Notes under the pieces: generated by a model | The model's input: only the letters and a program-made list of their open reading frames with translations | Told to the model about the DNA's origin: nothing | Database searches by the model: none | Source: Felis catus | Lineage: Eukaryota | Assembly: GCF_018350175.1 (NCBI RefSeq) | Contig: NC_058369.1 | Span: 4,838,001-4,902,000, forward strand | Direction of reading: 5' to 3' | Length of the DNA: 64,000 bases | Position numbers and translations under genes: made by a program | Shown here: positions 28,261-38,800 of the stretch, piece after piece | Layout: every line of letters begins with the position of its first letter | Numbering within the stretch: position 1 is the stretch's first letter

Positions 28261-28297
28261 CTTGGGTCAGCTGCTTCCAGGATTCTGCTTCTCCATC
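28261..28297 (-). CDS. TNFSF14: TNFSF14 coding exon 2 (37 nt)
   Basis: DGEAESWKQLTQ(G); CAG acceptor and GTGAGT donor. Confidence 0.93.
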
Positions 28298-29561
28298 CTG
28301 AAAATGCAGAGAAACCCACGGTGAGGACCTGCGTGGCCCACACACTGGCAGCCTCAGACTCATGGCTGTGAGACACACACAGATGCGGCACACGGACACT
28401 GTCCTCACCCCAGTGCCCAGGGCCATGTGCACGCTCCTGCCCCACCCAGCAGCCTTGTAACCACCCGGGCTCTCATATTCCCCCTCTGCAAATAGACATA
28501 CGAATGCTGCCTGTTTAAGATTCAGTGAATTCACAGGGACAAAAGCATGTTCCAGTGCCTGGAGCATAGTAGGCACAATATGAGAATATTATAGACATGT
28601 ACACATCGAGATGGCAGGACACGTGGACATCTGTGGCAACAAGTGGATATGGGCATGTGACATAGGGCACAGACCTGGACACTTACGTGACCCGTGGACA
28701 CAGATACATGGGTGTGTGGTTTATGGATCTGGGTGGGTCTTCAGCACATGGGCTGTAGACAGGCCAGTACGTGGACATGTGGGCGCACGCACACAGGACA
28801 GCAGTACGGGTTCACACGGGCGACATGCCCATGCGGCCGTCAGATCCAGTCACAAGGACAAATGCCTTGGAAACACACAACGCAAAGGGCCAAGACCACA
28901 CGGCCATGGCGTGGGATGCAGAGACTCACAGGTGTGGCAAACAGATAACATCCACAGCCAACCGTAAACAGAGGCAGAGAGAGATTCTCGCAGACTTGGA
29001 CAAGGTGAATTAGTGACAGTCCCGAATAATGGTGATCAGGGTATGGCTGACAATACTTCGCAATGTCCGAACATCAGTTCAGCGGGTTGCAGACAACAAG
29101 ACTGTGTTATAAACATGAAATGTGCTATGATCTAGGTTTTATTTGTTACCACTACTAGAAGAAATGGTAGTTATGTGACCCCACAGCATGGTTAGCTAAT
29201 GCTACAATAGCAATCATATTGCAGTATAAATGTACCAAAGCCCTATGTTGTACACCTGAAACCGACAGAATGTTAACATGTCATTTATATCTCAGTTTAA
29301 AAAAAATATCGGTTCTGGTTGGTTGAATTCTTGCCCTGGGCAGCCACTGCCGGGCACCACACACGCAATATCGTATCTCGTTCCCTGTGAGGTGGGCACT
29401 CTTACGATCCCACCCATTTCACAGATGAGGAAACTGAGGTTCAGAGAAGTGAATTGACTTGCACTGAGCTGCTGTTAGCCTATGGTCTTGCACACACGTG
29501 CACAGAGACGCGCACAGTGACACAGGAGACCCACCTCCACGAGCCCCGAAGCCCCACTCAC

Positions 29562-29783
29562 CAGCAGGGGTGTGACCATCTCCCCCAGACGCCAGTGCAG
29601 CTGCAGCAGGAACCAGCCCTGGACGGCCAGCCCAGCCGCCAGCAGCAGCAGCAGGAGGCCCAGGCCCAGCTGGGATGCACTGCAGGGCTGTCTTTGGCGG
29701 CGGCTGGGCCCCAGCCGTGTGAATGGGATGTCTGTCTGTCCGTCCACCACAAACACTGAGGGCCGCACAACCGTCTCCTCCAT
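29562..29783 (-). CDS. TNFSF14: TNFSF14 coding exon 1 (cytoplasmic tail and type II transmembrane helix)
   Basis: [25 protein letters not shown]...[36 protein letters not shown]; 74 codons; GTGAGT donor. Confidence 0.97.
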
Positions 29784-30100
29784 GTCCTGAGACACCTCGG
29801 GGCTGGGCTCGCACGGCTGGGTCCCTGAGGGCAGGGAGGAAACCACGATTGCCCAATGCTTCTGGGCTTCGCACGCTGCAGACAGGCACCCGTGGGTCCC
29901 GGGGTTCAGCCTTTAGAGCAGGGGCTCAGCCCCTCCCCTTTCCCCACTGGCCCTCCTCTTCTTCCTGTCCTCCCACCCCCAGGCTGGCCCCATCTCACTC
30001 TCACTCATACAGCCTCTCACTCTTTCCAGGGGCATCTAAAGATGTGACTCAGGTAGGGATGGAGGGGGGAGGCCCCAGTTTTTCCCTGTGGCCACTTCAT
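29784..30100 (-). promoter_or_regulatory. TNFSF14 5' UTR/proximal promoter with AP-1 site
   Basis: Immediately upstream of the ATG; TGACTCA at 30045-30051. Confidence 0.5.
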
Positions 30101-30304
30101 TCACTCCGTGACCAAATATTTATAGATCATCTCTGTGTGCCAGGTACTGTTCTAGGCTTGAGGGCACAGCCGTGAACAAGAGAGACAAAAGTCCCTGGTC
30201 TTACGGAGCTCCCATTCTTGGGGTGAGAGACCATGAGCCTAGTAAAGAAGAAAATACTATAGAATGTTTGAGATGGTGGTTAGGGAAGTGCAAACTACGA
30301 GAGT

Positions 30305-30835
30305 GGTTTTTGTGTGTGTGGGTGTGTCCAGGGGTGTATATTGGGTCCAGTGCATGTGTGCGTGTGTATGCTGTGTGTATGTGTGCATGGAGATGAGTGC
30401 AGGGGCAGGCATGCATGTTGGTGAATCTATGCACACATGCGGGTGTGTGCAGGTGTGTGTATGCAGGTGTGTGTGTATGTGTGGGGTGTATGATTGTGCA
30501 TGCATGTGGGTGCATGTAGGTGCATGTGCATGTGTGGTGTGCATGAGTGTGCATGCAAGTGGGGGTGTGCATGTAGGTGCATGTGCATGTGGATGTGCAT
30601 GAGTGTGCATGCAAGCAGGGGTGTGCATGTAGGTGCATGTGCATATGTGGTGTGCATGACCATGCATGCACGTGTGTGTGCATGTAGGTGCATATGCATG
30701 TGAGGTGTGCATGAGTGTACATGCATGCAAGTGTGTGCAGGTGCAGACACACATACACCTGCATGTGTGGATGTGTGTACATGTGCATGAGTGTGCCTGT
30801 GAGTGTGTGTGTGCATGCGTGCATGCATGGATGCA
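30305..30835 (+). repeat. Alternating purine-pyrimidine (TG/CATG)n low-complexity tract
   Basis: About 530 bp of tgtg/tgcatg iterations, e.g. gtgcatgtaggtgcatgtgcatgtg. Confidence 0.9.
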
Positions 30836-32199
30836 AGTTCAAATTGGAACTCACAGACAGGTGGTGTAACCACCAGCCGCTAGGTTAACTAGGCTGAATC
30901 CAAGGCCTGGAAGTGGTCCCGGGGGCACCTCGAACTGGCCTGAGTAGCCCTCTTTCTCTTCTCCCCCACATCCCACCTTTTCGCAAGCCCTGGCCATTCA
31001 GTCTCAGCGTCTGATCTGAACCCAGCCGCCCGTTTCCAGACCCACTGCTACTGCCTTTGCTAAGTGCTGTGGGCTGAGCGTCTGTGCCCCTCCCCCGTTC
31101 ATTTGGTGATGTCCTGATCACCTACCTGATGGCCTCTGTAGGTGGGGCCCTGGGGAGGCGGTCAGGTCAGGAGGGTGGAGTCTTCCTGAATGGGCTGAGT
31201 GCCCCTGACGGGAGACTCTCTCCCTCCCTCTCTCCCTCTTCCTCTCCGTCTCTGCCATTTGAAGACGTTTGAGGACCCAGTGAGAGGGCCACTGTCTACA
31301 AGCCAGGAACAGAGCCCTCACCAGAGCCCGACCAAGCTGGCACCTGTGTCTCAGACTTCCAGCCTCCGGAACCCTGAGAGATGCATGTCTGCCGTTTGAG
31401 GCGCCCGGTGTAGGGCATCTTGTTACAGCCGCCAGACTGCACTAACACACTAGGGCATCCGTCATTTCTGGCCTGACTCTTGCAGTGGTTTCCAGCTGGA
31501 CGTTCTCTCTGCCTCTTGCCACCTCCTAATTCATTCTCTGCCCTCTACAAGTATGAACTTGTGTATTTGTTTCCTTTAATTTATATGGCTTAATTTAATT
31601 TACTATTTTCTTTTATTTTAGAGGTGAAATTCACATAACATAAAAGCAACCATTTTAAAGTGAGCAGTTCAGCGGTATTTAGGGCATTTCCACAGTCGGA
31701 CAACTCTGGTCCCCAGACGTTTTCAGTGCCTCGAAAAGTAAGCCCATATCCATAAAGCAGTCCGCATCCCCCAGGCCTCCCAGCCCTTGGCAACCACTAG
31801 TCAGCTTTCCTGCTCTATGGAGTTACCTGTCCTGAATAGTTGAAGGTATTTCATAAAAGTGGAAATACACAACCTGTGGTCTTTTGTGTCTGGCTTCCTT
31901 CACTGAGTATAATGTTTTCAAGTCTCAGCCAGGTCCTTGCTTGTTAGGGCTGAGGAATGTTCTAGTGTATGGACACATCCCAGTTTGCTTGCCCATTCAC
32001 GCGCTGAGGGATGCTTCAGTCGTTTCCACCTTTGGGCTCCTGGGCAAAGTGCTGCTATGAGCATGCTCGCACGTATATTTGTCTGGGTACCAGCTTCCAA
32101 GTCTTTGGGCAGATAGCTAGGATTGGAATTGCTACCATCAGCTTTCCAAACACATAAGTCAGCCTTCATGTCTTCCCTGCTTAAAATCTTGCAGCAGCT

Positions 32200-32420
32200 G
32201 GGGCACCTGAGTGGCTCAGTCAGTTAAGCATCCGACTTCAGCTCAGGTCATGATCTCATGGTTCGTGAGTTTGAGCCCCGCGTTGGGCTCTGGGCTGACG
32301 GCTCAGAGCCTGGAGCCCACTTTTGATTCTGGGTCTCCCTCTGTCTGTCCCTCTGCTGCTTGCACTCTGTCTCTTGCATTGTCTCAAACATAAATAAACA
32401 TTAAAAAAAATTTAAAAAAT
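32200..32420 (+). mobile_element. SINEC_Fc-type SINE
   Basis: Consensus body; TSD aaaatcttgcag. Confidence 0.88.
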
Positions 32421-32806
32421 CTTGCAGTGGCTTCCCACGGAGTGGTCAGGGGCTAGCACATGACGCCTCGTGGCTCAAATCCTCCAAGGCTTTCTCCTCT
32501 TTGTCATCTGTGTGTTGGCTTAAGAATCCCCTCCTCATGATAGGTTTCTTTGTATTCCCTGACCATCTGCATTAGTCATGACTCTCCAGAGAAAGAGAAC
32601 CAGTAATATATCTCCATCCATCCATCCATCCATCTACCACCTATTATTATCTATCATCTATCTGTCTGCACTCACACACAGACACACACACACATGCACA
32701 CATACACAATTTATTTTAAGGAATTGGCTCATGTGACTGGGGTTTAGCAAGTCTAAAATCCACAGACAAGCCAGCAGGCTGGAGATTCATTTAAGAGTTG
32801 ATGTTA

Positions 32807-33038
32807 GGGGCGCCTGGGTGGCGCAGTCGGTTAAGCGTCCGACTTCAGCCAGGTCGCGATCTCGCGGTCCCTGAGTTCGAGCCCCGCGTCGGGCTCTGGG
32901 CTGATGGCTCGGAGCCTGGAGCCTGTTTCCGATTCTGCGTCTCCCTCTCTCTCTGCCCCTCCCCCGTTCATGCTCTGTCTCTCTCTGTCCCAAAAATAAA
33001 TAAATAAAAACGTTGAAAAAAAAATTAAAAAAAAAAAA
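32807..33038 (+). mobile_element. Young SINEC_Fc SINE
   Basis: Near-consensus; TSD aagagttgatgtta. Confidence 0.92.
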
Positions 33039-34194
33039 GAGTTGATGTTATAGTTTTGAGTCTAAAGGCTAGAAACTCGGGCAGAATTTCTATGCTGATA
33101 TCCTGAATTCCATCTTCCTTAGGAAACCGATTCTTTTCCTCTTCTGCCCTTCAACTGATTGGATGAGGCCCACTCACAACATCAAGTGTAACCTGAAAGT
33201 CAACTGACTGTAGGTGTGAATCACATCTAAGGTTTACCTATGCAGCAGCATGGAGATCAGTGTTTGAGTAAACCATAGCCTAGCTAGGTTGACACATAAA
33301 ATGGCCATTATTTGATCTAAACAACTAGTGGTGGCCCCAACGTAGGCAGGTTTTCTCACAGTGCCCTGTTCTTCATTCCTTTTTGGACACCTTAACTGTC
33401 TGAAATCAACTCTACACTGTCTTTAGAATGTGAGTCTCATGATCAGGTCTGTGCTGTTTGCAGTCTGGAACCACAGGTGCCCAAACAGAACAATACCAAT
33501 GTCTTTTTTTTTTTGTTTTTTCTGAAAAAAAAAGGAAGAAAATGAATCCCAGGGCAGAAGAAAGGGGGAATTGGCATGAAAAACCATGACAAGAAGGACA
33601 TAAAGGTGGCCGGAGGGGCAACCTGACACAGGTCGGCTGGGACACCTAATGAGTGATGAGGACTTTTGAGTCTCCCCTTGACAGGGGTGCTGACAACCAG
33701 GGACTGGAAGTAGCAGGAGGGACGGTGAATGTATTTCCCTCATATTCCTGGAATTGGGAGGTGGGGTTCACAGGACACAGCCAATTTCACACAGGAAATG
33801 GGCTGAGAAGGGGTGACTGCCAGGCTCAAGGCTTTTCCCATGATGACCTCATCTAGAGTCAGGGACTGGATCCCAACATCTACAGACCTAGACTTACTGG
33901 TGGTGTTATTAAACAGAAGAGACATCCAGGGACTCAGTTCTGTCTGCAGAGAGTGAAACTATTCACCTGTGACTGCTGCCCCCGATGCAGTGCAGGTGGT
34001 GCTGTGACCGCAATACCCCCACGACAACCCCCCTTCAGCCCTTGAATGCTGACTCATTCCTTCCCCTCCCTGGTTCACGCATATCTCTAGTGGAAATGAG
34101 CCCAGCCTGCCCCTTAACGCCCCCTTCTGGGCACAGCTGCTTGAAATGCAGGCAAAGTAGTGAATGGAGTTGTAAGTGAGCTGCAGATGAGGGG

Positions 34195-35285
34195 CAAGTG
34201 GGGAGAAGGTGAGGAGGTGGAGGATCCAGGTGGGGATGAACGTAGGGAGACAGGATCCAGGTGGGGAGGAAGGTGAGGGGGGGAGGATCCAGGTAGGAGA
34301 AAGGCGAGGAGGCAGAGGATCCAGGTGGGAGGAAGGTGAGGAGGGGGAGGATCCAGGATGGAAAGAAGGTGAAGAGGGGAGGATCCAGGTGGGACAAAGA
34401 TGAGAGGGGGAGGATCCATGTGGGAGGAAGGTGAGGAGGGTGAGGGTCCAGGTGGGAGGAAGATGAGGAGAGTGAGGGTCGAGGTGGGAGGAAGGTGAGG
34501 AGGGAGAGGATTCAGGAGGGGAGGAAGGTGAGGAGGGGAGGATCCAGGTGGGAGGAAGGTGAGGAGGTGGAGGATCCAGGTGGGAGGAAGGTGAGGAGGG
34601 GGAGGATCCAGATGGGAGGAAGGTGAAGAGGGGGAGGATCCAGATGGGAGGAAGGTGAGGAGGGGGAGGATCCAGGTGGGAGGAAGGTGAGGAGGGAGAG
34701 GATTCAGGAGGGGAGGATGTTGAGAAGGTGAGGGTCCAGGTGGGAGGAAGGTGAGGACGTGGAGGATCCAGGAGTGGAGGAAGGTGAGGAGGGGAGGATC
34801 CCGGTGGGAGGAAGGTGAGGAGGGGCAGAATCTAGGTGGCAGGAAGGTGAGGAGGTGGAGGATCCAGGTGGGAGGAAGGTGAAGAGGTGGAGGATCCAGG
34901 TGGGAGGAAGGTGAGGAGGCTGAAGATCCAGGTGGGGAGGCAGGTGAGGAGACAGGATCCAGGTGGGGATGAAGGTGAGGAGGTGGAGGACGAGGTGGGA
35001 AGAAGGTGAGGAGGGGGAAGATCCAGGTGGGAGGAAGGTGAGGAGGTGGAGGATCCAGGAGGGGAGGAAGGTGAGGAGGCGGAGGATTCAGGTGGGGAGG
35101 CAGGTGAGGAGGTGGAGGACCCAGGTGGGGAGGAAGGTGAGGTGGGGGAGGATCCAGGTGGGGAGGATGATGAGGAGGGGGAGGTTCCAGGTGGGGGATG
35201 GTGAGGAGGCAGAGGATCCGGGTGGGAAGAAGGTGAGGAGGTGGTGGATCCAGGTGGGGATGAAGGTGAGGAGGCAGAGGACTGT
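34195..35285 (+). repeat. Purine-rich minisatellite, 32-33 bp unit (GGATCCAGGTGGGAGGAAGGTGAGGAGGGGGA), about 33 copies
   Basis: GGATCC recurs at 34572, 34604, 34636 and 34668 (32-bp spacing); the array degenerates at both ends. Confidence 0.95.
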
Positions 35286-35667
35286 GGAGCCCTCGTGCAT
35301 AATGATGCTCTTGAGGGCTGGGGTAAAGCAGGTGAGGGTACTGGTACCCACACAGTGGATGAGAGAAGGATGTAGGTGAAGATACTGGTGAGGACCCAGA
35401 GGAGGAGGCAGAGGACACACAGGTCACGATGCACGTGGAAAGAAAGCAAGTAGGTGAGCACTTGGCGCAAATGCAGGCTCACTTCAGACTACGTGCAGGT
35501 GCAGTGCAGGTGCATGTGGGCACGGGCTCCCCGGGGGAGGAAGCAAATGTGCAGGTGATCCACAGGGAGGAAGGAGTTGCAGGGGAGGAAGCAGGGGATC
35601 ACAGCTGCCTCTTCCTCCCTCTCCGAGACCTTCCGACTTTGGGAGACACATGAACTCTCAGTGAAGC

Positions 35668-35673
35668 TTTATT
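35668..35673 (-). terminator. C3 polyadenylation signal AATAAA
   Basis: tttatt 20 nt past the TGA stop; a very short 3' UTR is typical of C3. Confidence 0.8.
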
Positions 35674-35693
35674 GTGGGGACTGTGGGCAGGGG

Positions 35694-35835
35694 TCAGTTG
35701 GGACAGCCAAAGACAACCATGTTCTCAGTGAAGTTGGCCAGGTCTTGACACAGCTTCTCATTCTCCTCATCCTGGCATTCATCAGCCTCTGGCCACTGTT
35801 CCAGCCAGGTGTCCTTCCCAATGACATACTTGATG
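35694..35835 (-). CDS. C3: C3 exon 41 (C345C end)
   Basis: [46 protein letters not shown]. Confidence 0.95.
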
Positions 35836-38800
35836 CTGGGGGATGGCAACAGGTCAGGATCAGGGCAGGGAAAGCATGGGAAGGGGTGACCCACTGCGGG
35901 GGGTGGGGCATGCACAGGGCTGACACTCACTTGGGTTTCTCTCCCCACAGGTCGGCGGACATGCCCCACATGAGGTAGTGTTTCCCCTCCTGCAGCTTCA
36001 GGGCTTCTCTGCACTTGATGTGGCTGATGAACCTGCGCTCCTGTCCAACCTGCACCTCATCAGAGCCTGGGAGGGACGGACAGGGACGCTGAGTGGGGGA
36101 GGGCAGGGAACCAGCAAGAAGGAAGTGGAAAGACAGAACACAGACTGCAGGGCTGACCTGATTTGATGATCTGCTCGACGACCATTACGTAATCATCAAA
36201 GTCTTCTGACAGCTCCTTCTTGAGAAGCCTGGTCTTGTACACTGATGGGGGAGGAGGGGAAGGACGGTGGGGTCACGGGCAAGGGGGGCTGCGGGGACCC
36301 TCAGCTGCAGGCGCACCTGGGCGTATGGCGTCCCCAAGCAGACACGTGCAGGGTCACAGCCACACGTGCAACAGTCCCTGCCCCCCAGTAACACACCTGC
36401 CACATGTGTTCCCACAACCACCACGTCACACAGCCACACACGGCCATGTGCACAATTACACTCACCACAGTGGAGTCCTATGCATAACCTCCCATCCACT
36501 ATCCCCCACAAGCACTGTCTCTCATCTCCATGGCTTGGCATGACTACAATGTCACACACACAACGGGCAGACGACCATATCTGCTCTCACACTGGCTGCA
36601 CACCCGGCCGACTCATTAGCATGGCTCCCCATGCACTCATGGCCCCTCATAACACATTTACACCCACACACACATTGGCTACAACCACAGCCTGACGTAT
36701 AGCCATATGCAGCCAGGGGCACTCATAGCTGGTCACACACACAGCCATGGCCACACAGTGTCGCTCACCCAGGCACCCACGTGCACGTGCCCACTCACCG
36801 TAGTCTACTCCTGGTTCACAGGCCTTGTCCAGACGGTCGTCCAGGGTGATCTTTTCATCCATCGGGTGCATGAAGCAGTTCTCTGTGTGGTGGATGAGTG
36901 GGGGACATGGTTACATCACACGTGTTGTCCAGGGCCCCCCGCCCCTGGGTCCGTGTGGGTGTCCACTGGGTGTGGGCTTTCAGAGCCCCCTTGGGCCACC
37001 CCCATGGAAGGAGGATCCGGGGGTGTGTGTCCACCCTTCCATGCTTCTCTGCACCCACCCTCAGCACAGCGGCACATGTCTTTGTGACAGAGCTTGCTCA
37101 GCAACCCGTCTTCTTTGTCTGGGTGGTAGAACCGGATGCAATTCTCATCTGTGGGCAGAGGGCAGGGAGGTGTCAGAGGGCTAGGGCCTCCAGCCCAGAG
37201 ACCCAGGGGCTTGGATTCCCAACTCCAGTCCCTCAGACCTGGAGAGGCCAGGTCCCCAACCCTGGGACCCTCAGACCCCCGCCTCGCACGGATCCCTTGG
37301 ACCCTCAGGCCCCCCAGGCTCCCCAGACCCTAGGTGGGCTGCTCACCTAGGTTGTAATAGGAGTACACCTTGACCGACCCGGGCTGGATAAGCCCCATGT
37401 TGAAGTACTGGTGCACTTTGAAGGTCAGACAGTCCTCCTGGTCATGTGAGATCTGGGGGGAAGGAGGAGGCTGGTCAGTGGGGCGACAGGTCATGTGAGA
37501 TCTGGGGGGAAGGAGGAGGCTGGAGAGTGGCGCGACAGGTCGTGTGAGATCTGGGGGGAAGGAGGAGGCTGGTCAGTGGGGCCACACGGAATGGAGCCCA
37601 GCATAGGGTCCTGGGGGTTGAGACAGTGGTGGAGAAAGTGAGGGAGCAGGAGTCTCCACCAAAAGACTGATGAGCACTTCAACACAGCCATTTTCCACTT
37701 CTCCAGGGCTCACAGCTACATTATCCCTGTCAGCTTCCTTTCCTAGTTCAGTGTGGCCATGTGATTGATCCGTTCTGGCCACCGGACTGCTGTCTCTGCC
37801 CATAAAAACATCCATGGTTAATGGTACTGAATGCTATATTTAAAAGTAGTTGTTGGGGTGGCACCAGGAGGGCATAGTCGGTTAAATATCCGACTCTTTA
37901 TCTCAGGTCAGGTCATGATCTCATGGGTTTGTGACTTTGAGCCCCACATTGGGCTCTGCTCTGACAGCACAGAGCCTTCTGGGGATTCTGTCTTTACTTC
38001 TCTCTGCCCCTCCCCTGCTTGTGTTCTCTGTCTCTCTCAAAATAAATAAACATTAGAAAATTGAAAAGAAAAACTTATTGAGAGGGTAGATCTTAAAAGT
38101 TCTCATCACACACAGACATGCGCGCGCGCATGCATTAAAACTATGTGAAGTAATAAATGTGTTAAGTAAACTTATGGTGGTGATCATTTCCCAATATACA
38201 CATACATCAAATCATTATGTTATGCACCTTAAACTTACACAATTTTATATGTCAATGATACCCCATTCAAGCTGAAAAAATAAAGACAAAGAAAGGGAGA
38301 GAGAGAAACAGAAATAGATATGCATAGACAGGTGTACTTGGAGGAACAGGCTAGCACTTAATGAAGTTGGGTAGAGAGTATATGGAACTGTGTTTTACTG
38401 CTCTGCAATTTCCCTGTAAGGTTGGAATCCTATAAAAATTTAAGTGCACAAAAACTCCAGTACAAGAAAACATCAACCACTAGCTCATGCACAATCCTCT
38501 TTTCTTCCAGAGAGGAGGGGTCCAGCAGAGGACTCTAAGATCCTAGGGATTGCAGAGCCCCAAGAAGGAATGTGAGCGGATCCCTGACTTACTGTGTGGA
38601 GCAGAAAACCCTTCCCTTAGCCTCCCAACTGGACTTTACCTGAGTGGGAGGCACAAGACTCTTGTGTTGGGACCCTCATATTCTCGAGAGGTTTATTACA
38701 GCAGCTAGTGTTACTTATGCTGACTAATATGCGGTGAGGGGACTTTGGGAATTTTGGAAGTTAGCAGGGGGCATGTGAGGATAGGGAAACAGGAAGATGT

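Noticed and set aside
30201..30873. His/Thr/Cys/Met-rich ORFs resembling metal-binding proteins
   Set aside because: Open in several frames on both strands because of the TG/CATG low-complexity tract; no splice or homology support.
34114..35427. 437-aa Pro/His-rich ORF and overlapping ORFs
   Set aside because: Translation of the C-rich strand of a 32-bp minisatellite. The unit is not a multiple of 3, so the peptide cycles through all three frames, and stops are absent for compositional reasons.
34195..37582. Regularly spaced repeats as a CRISPR-like array
   Set aside because: Mammalian DNA; units are head-to-tail tandem copies with no unique spacers and no cas genes.
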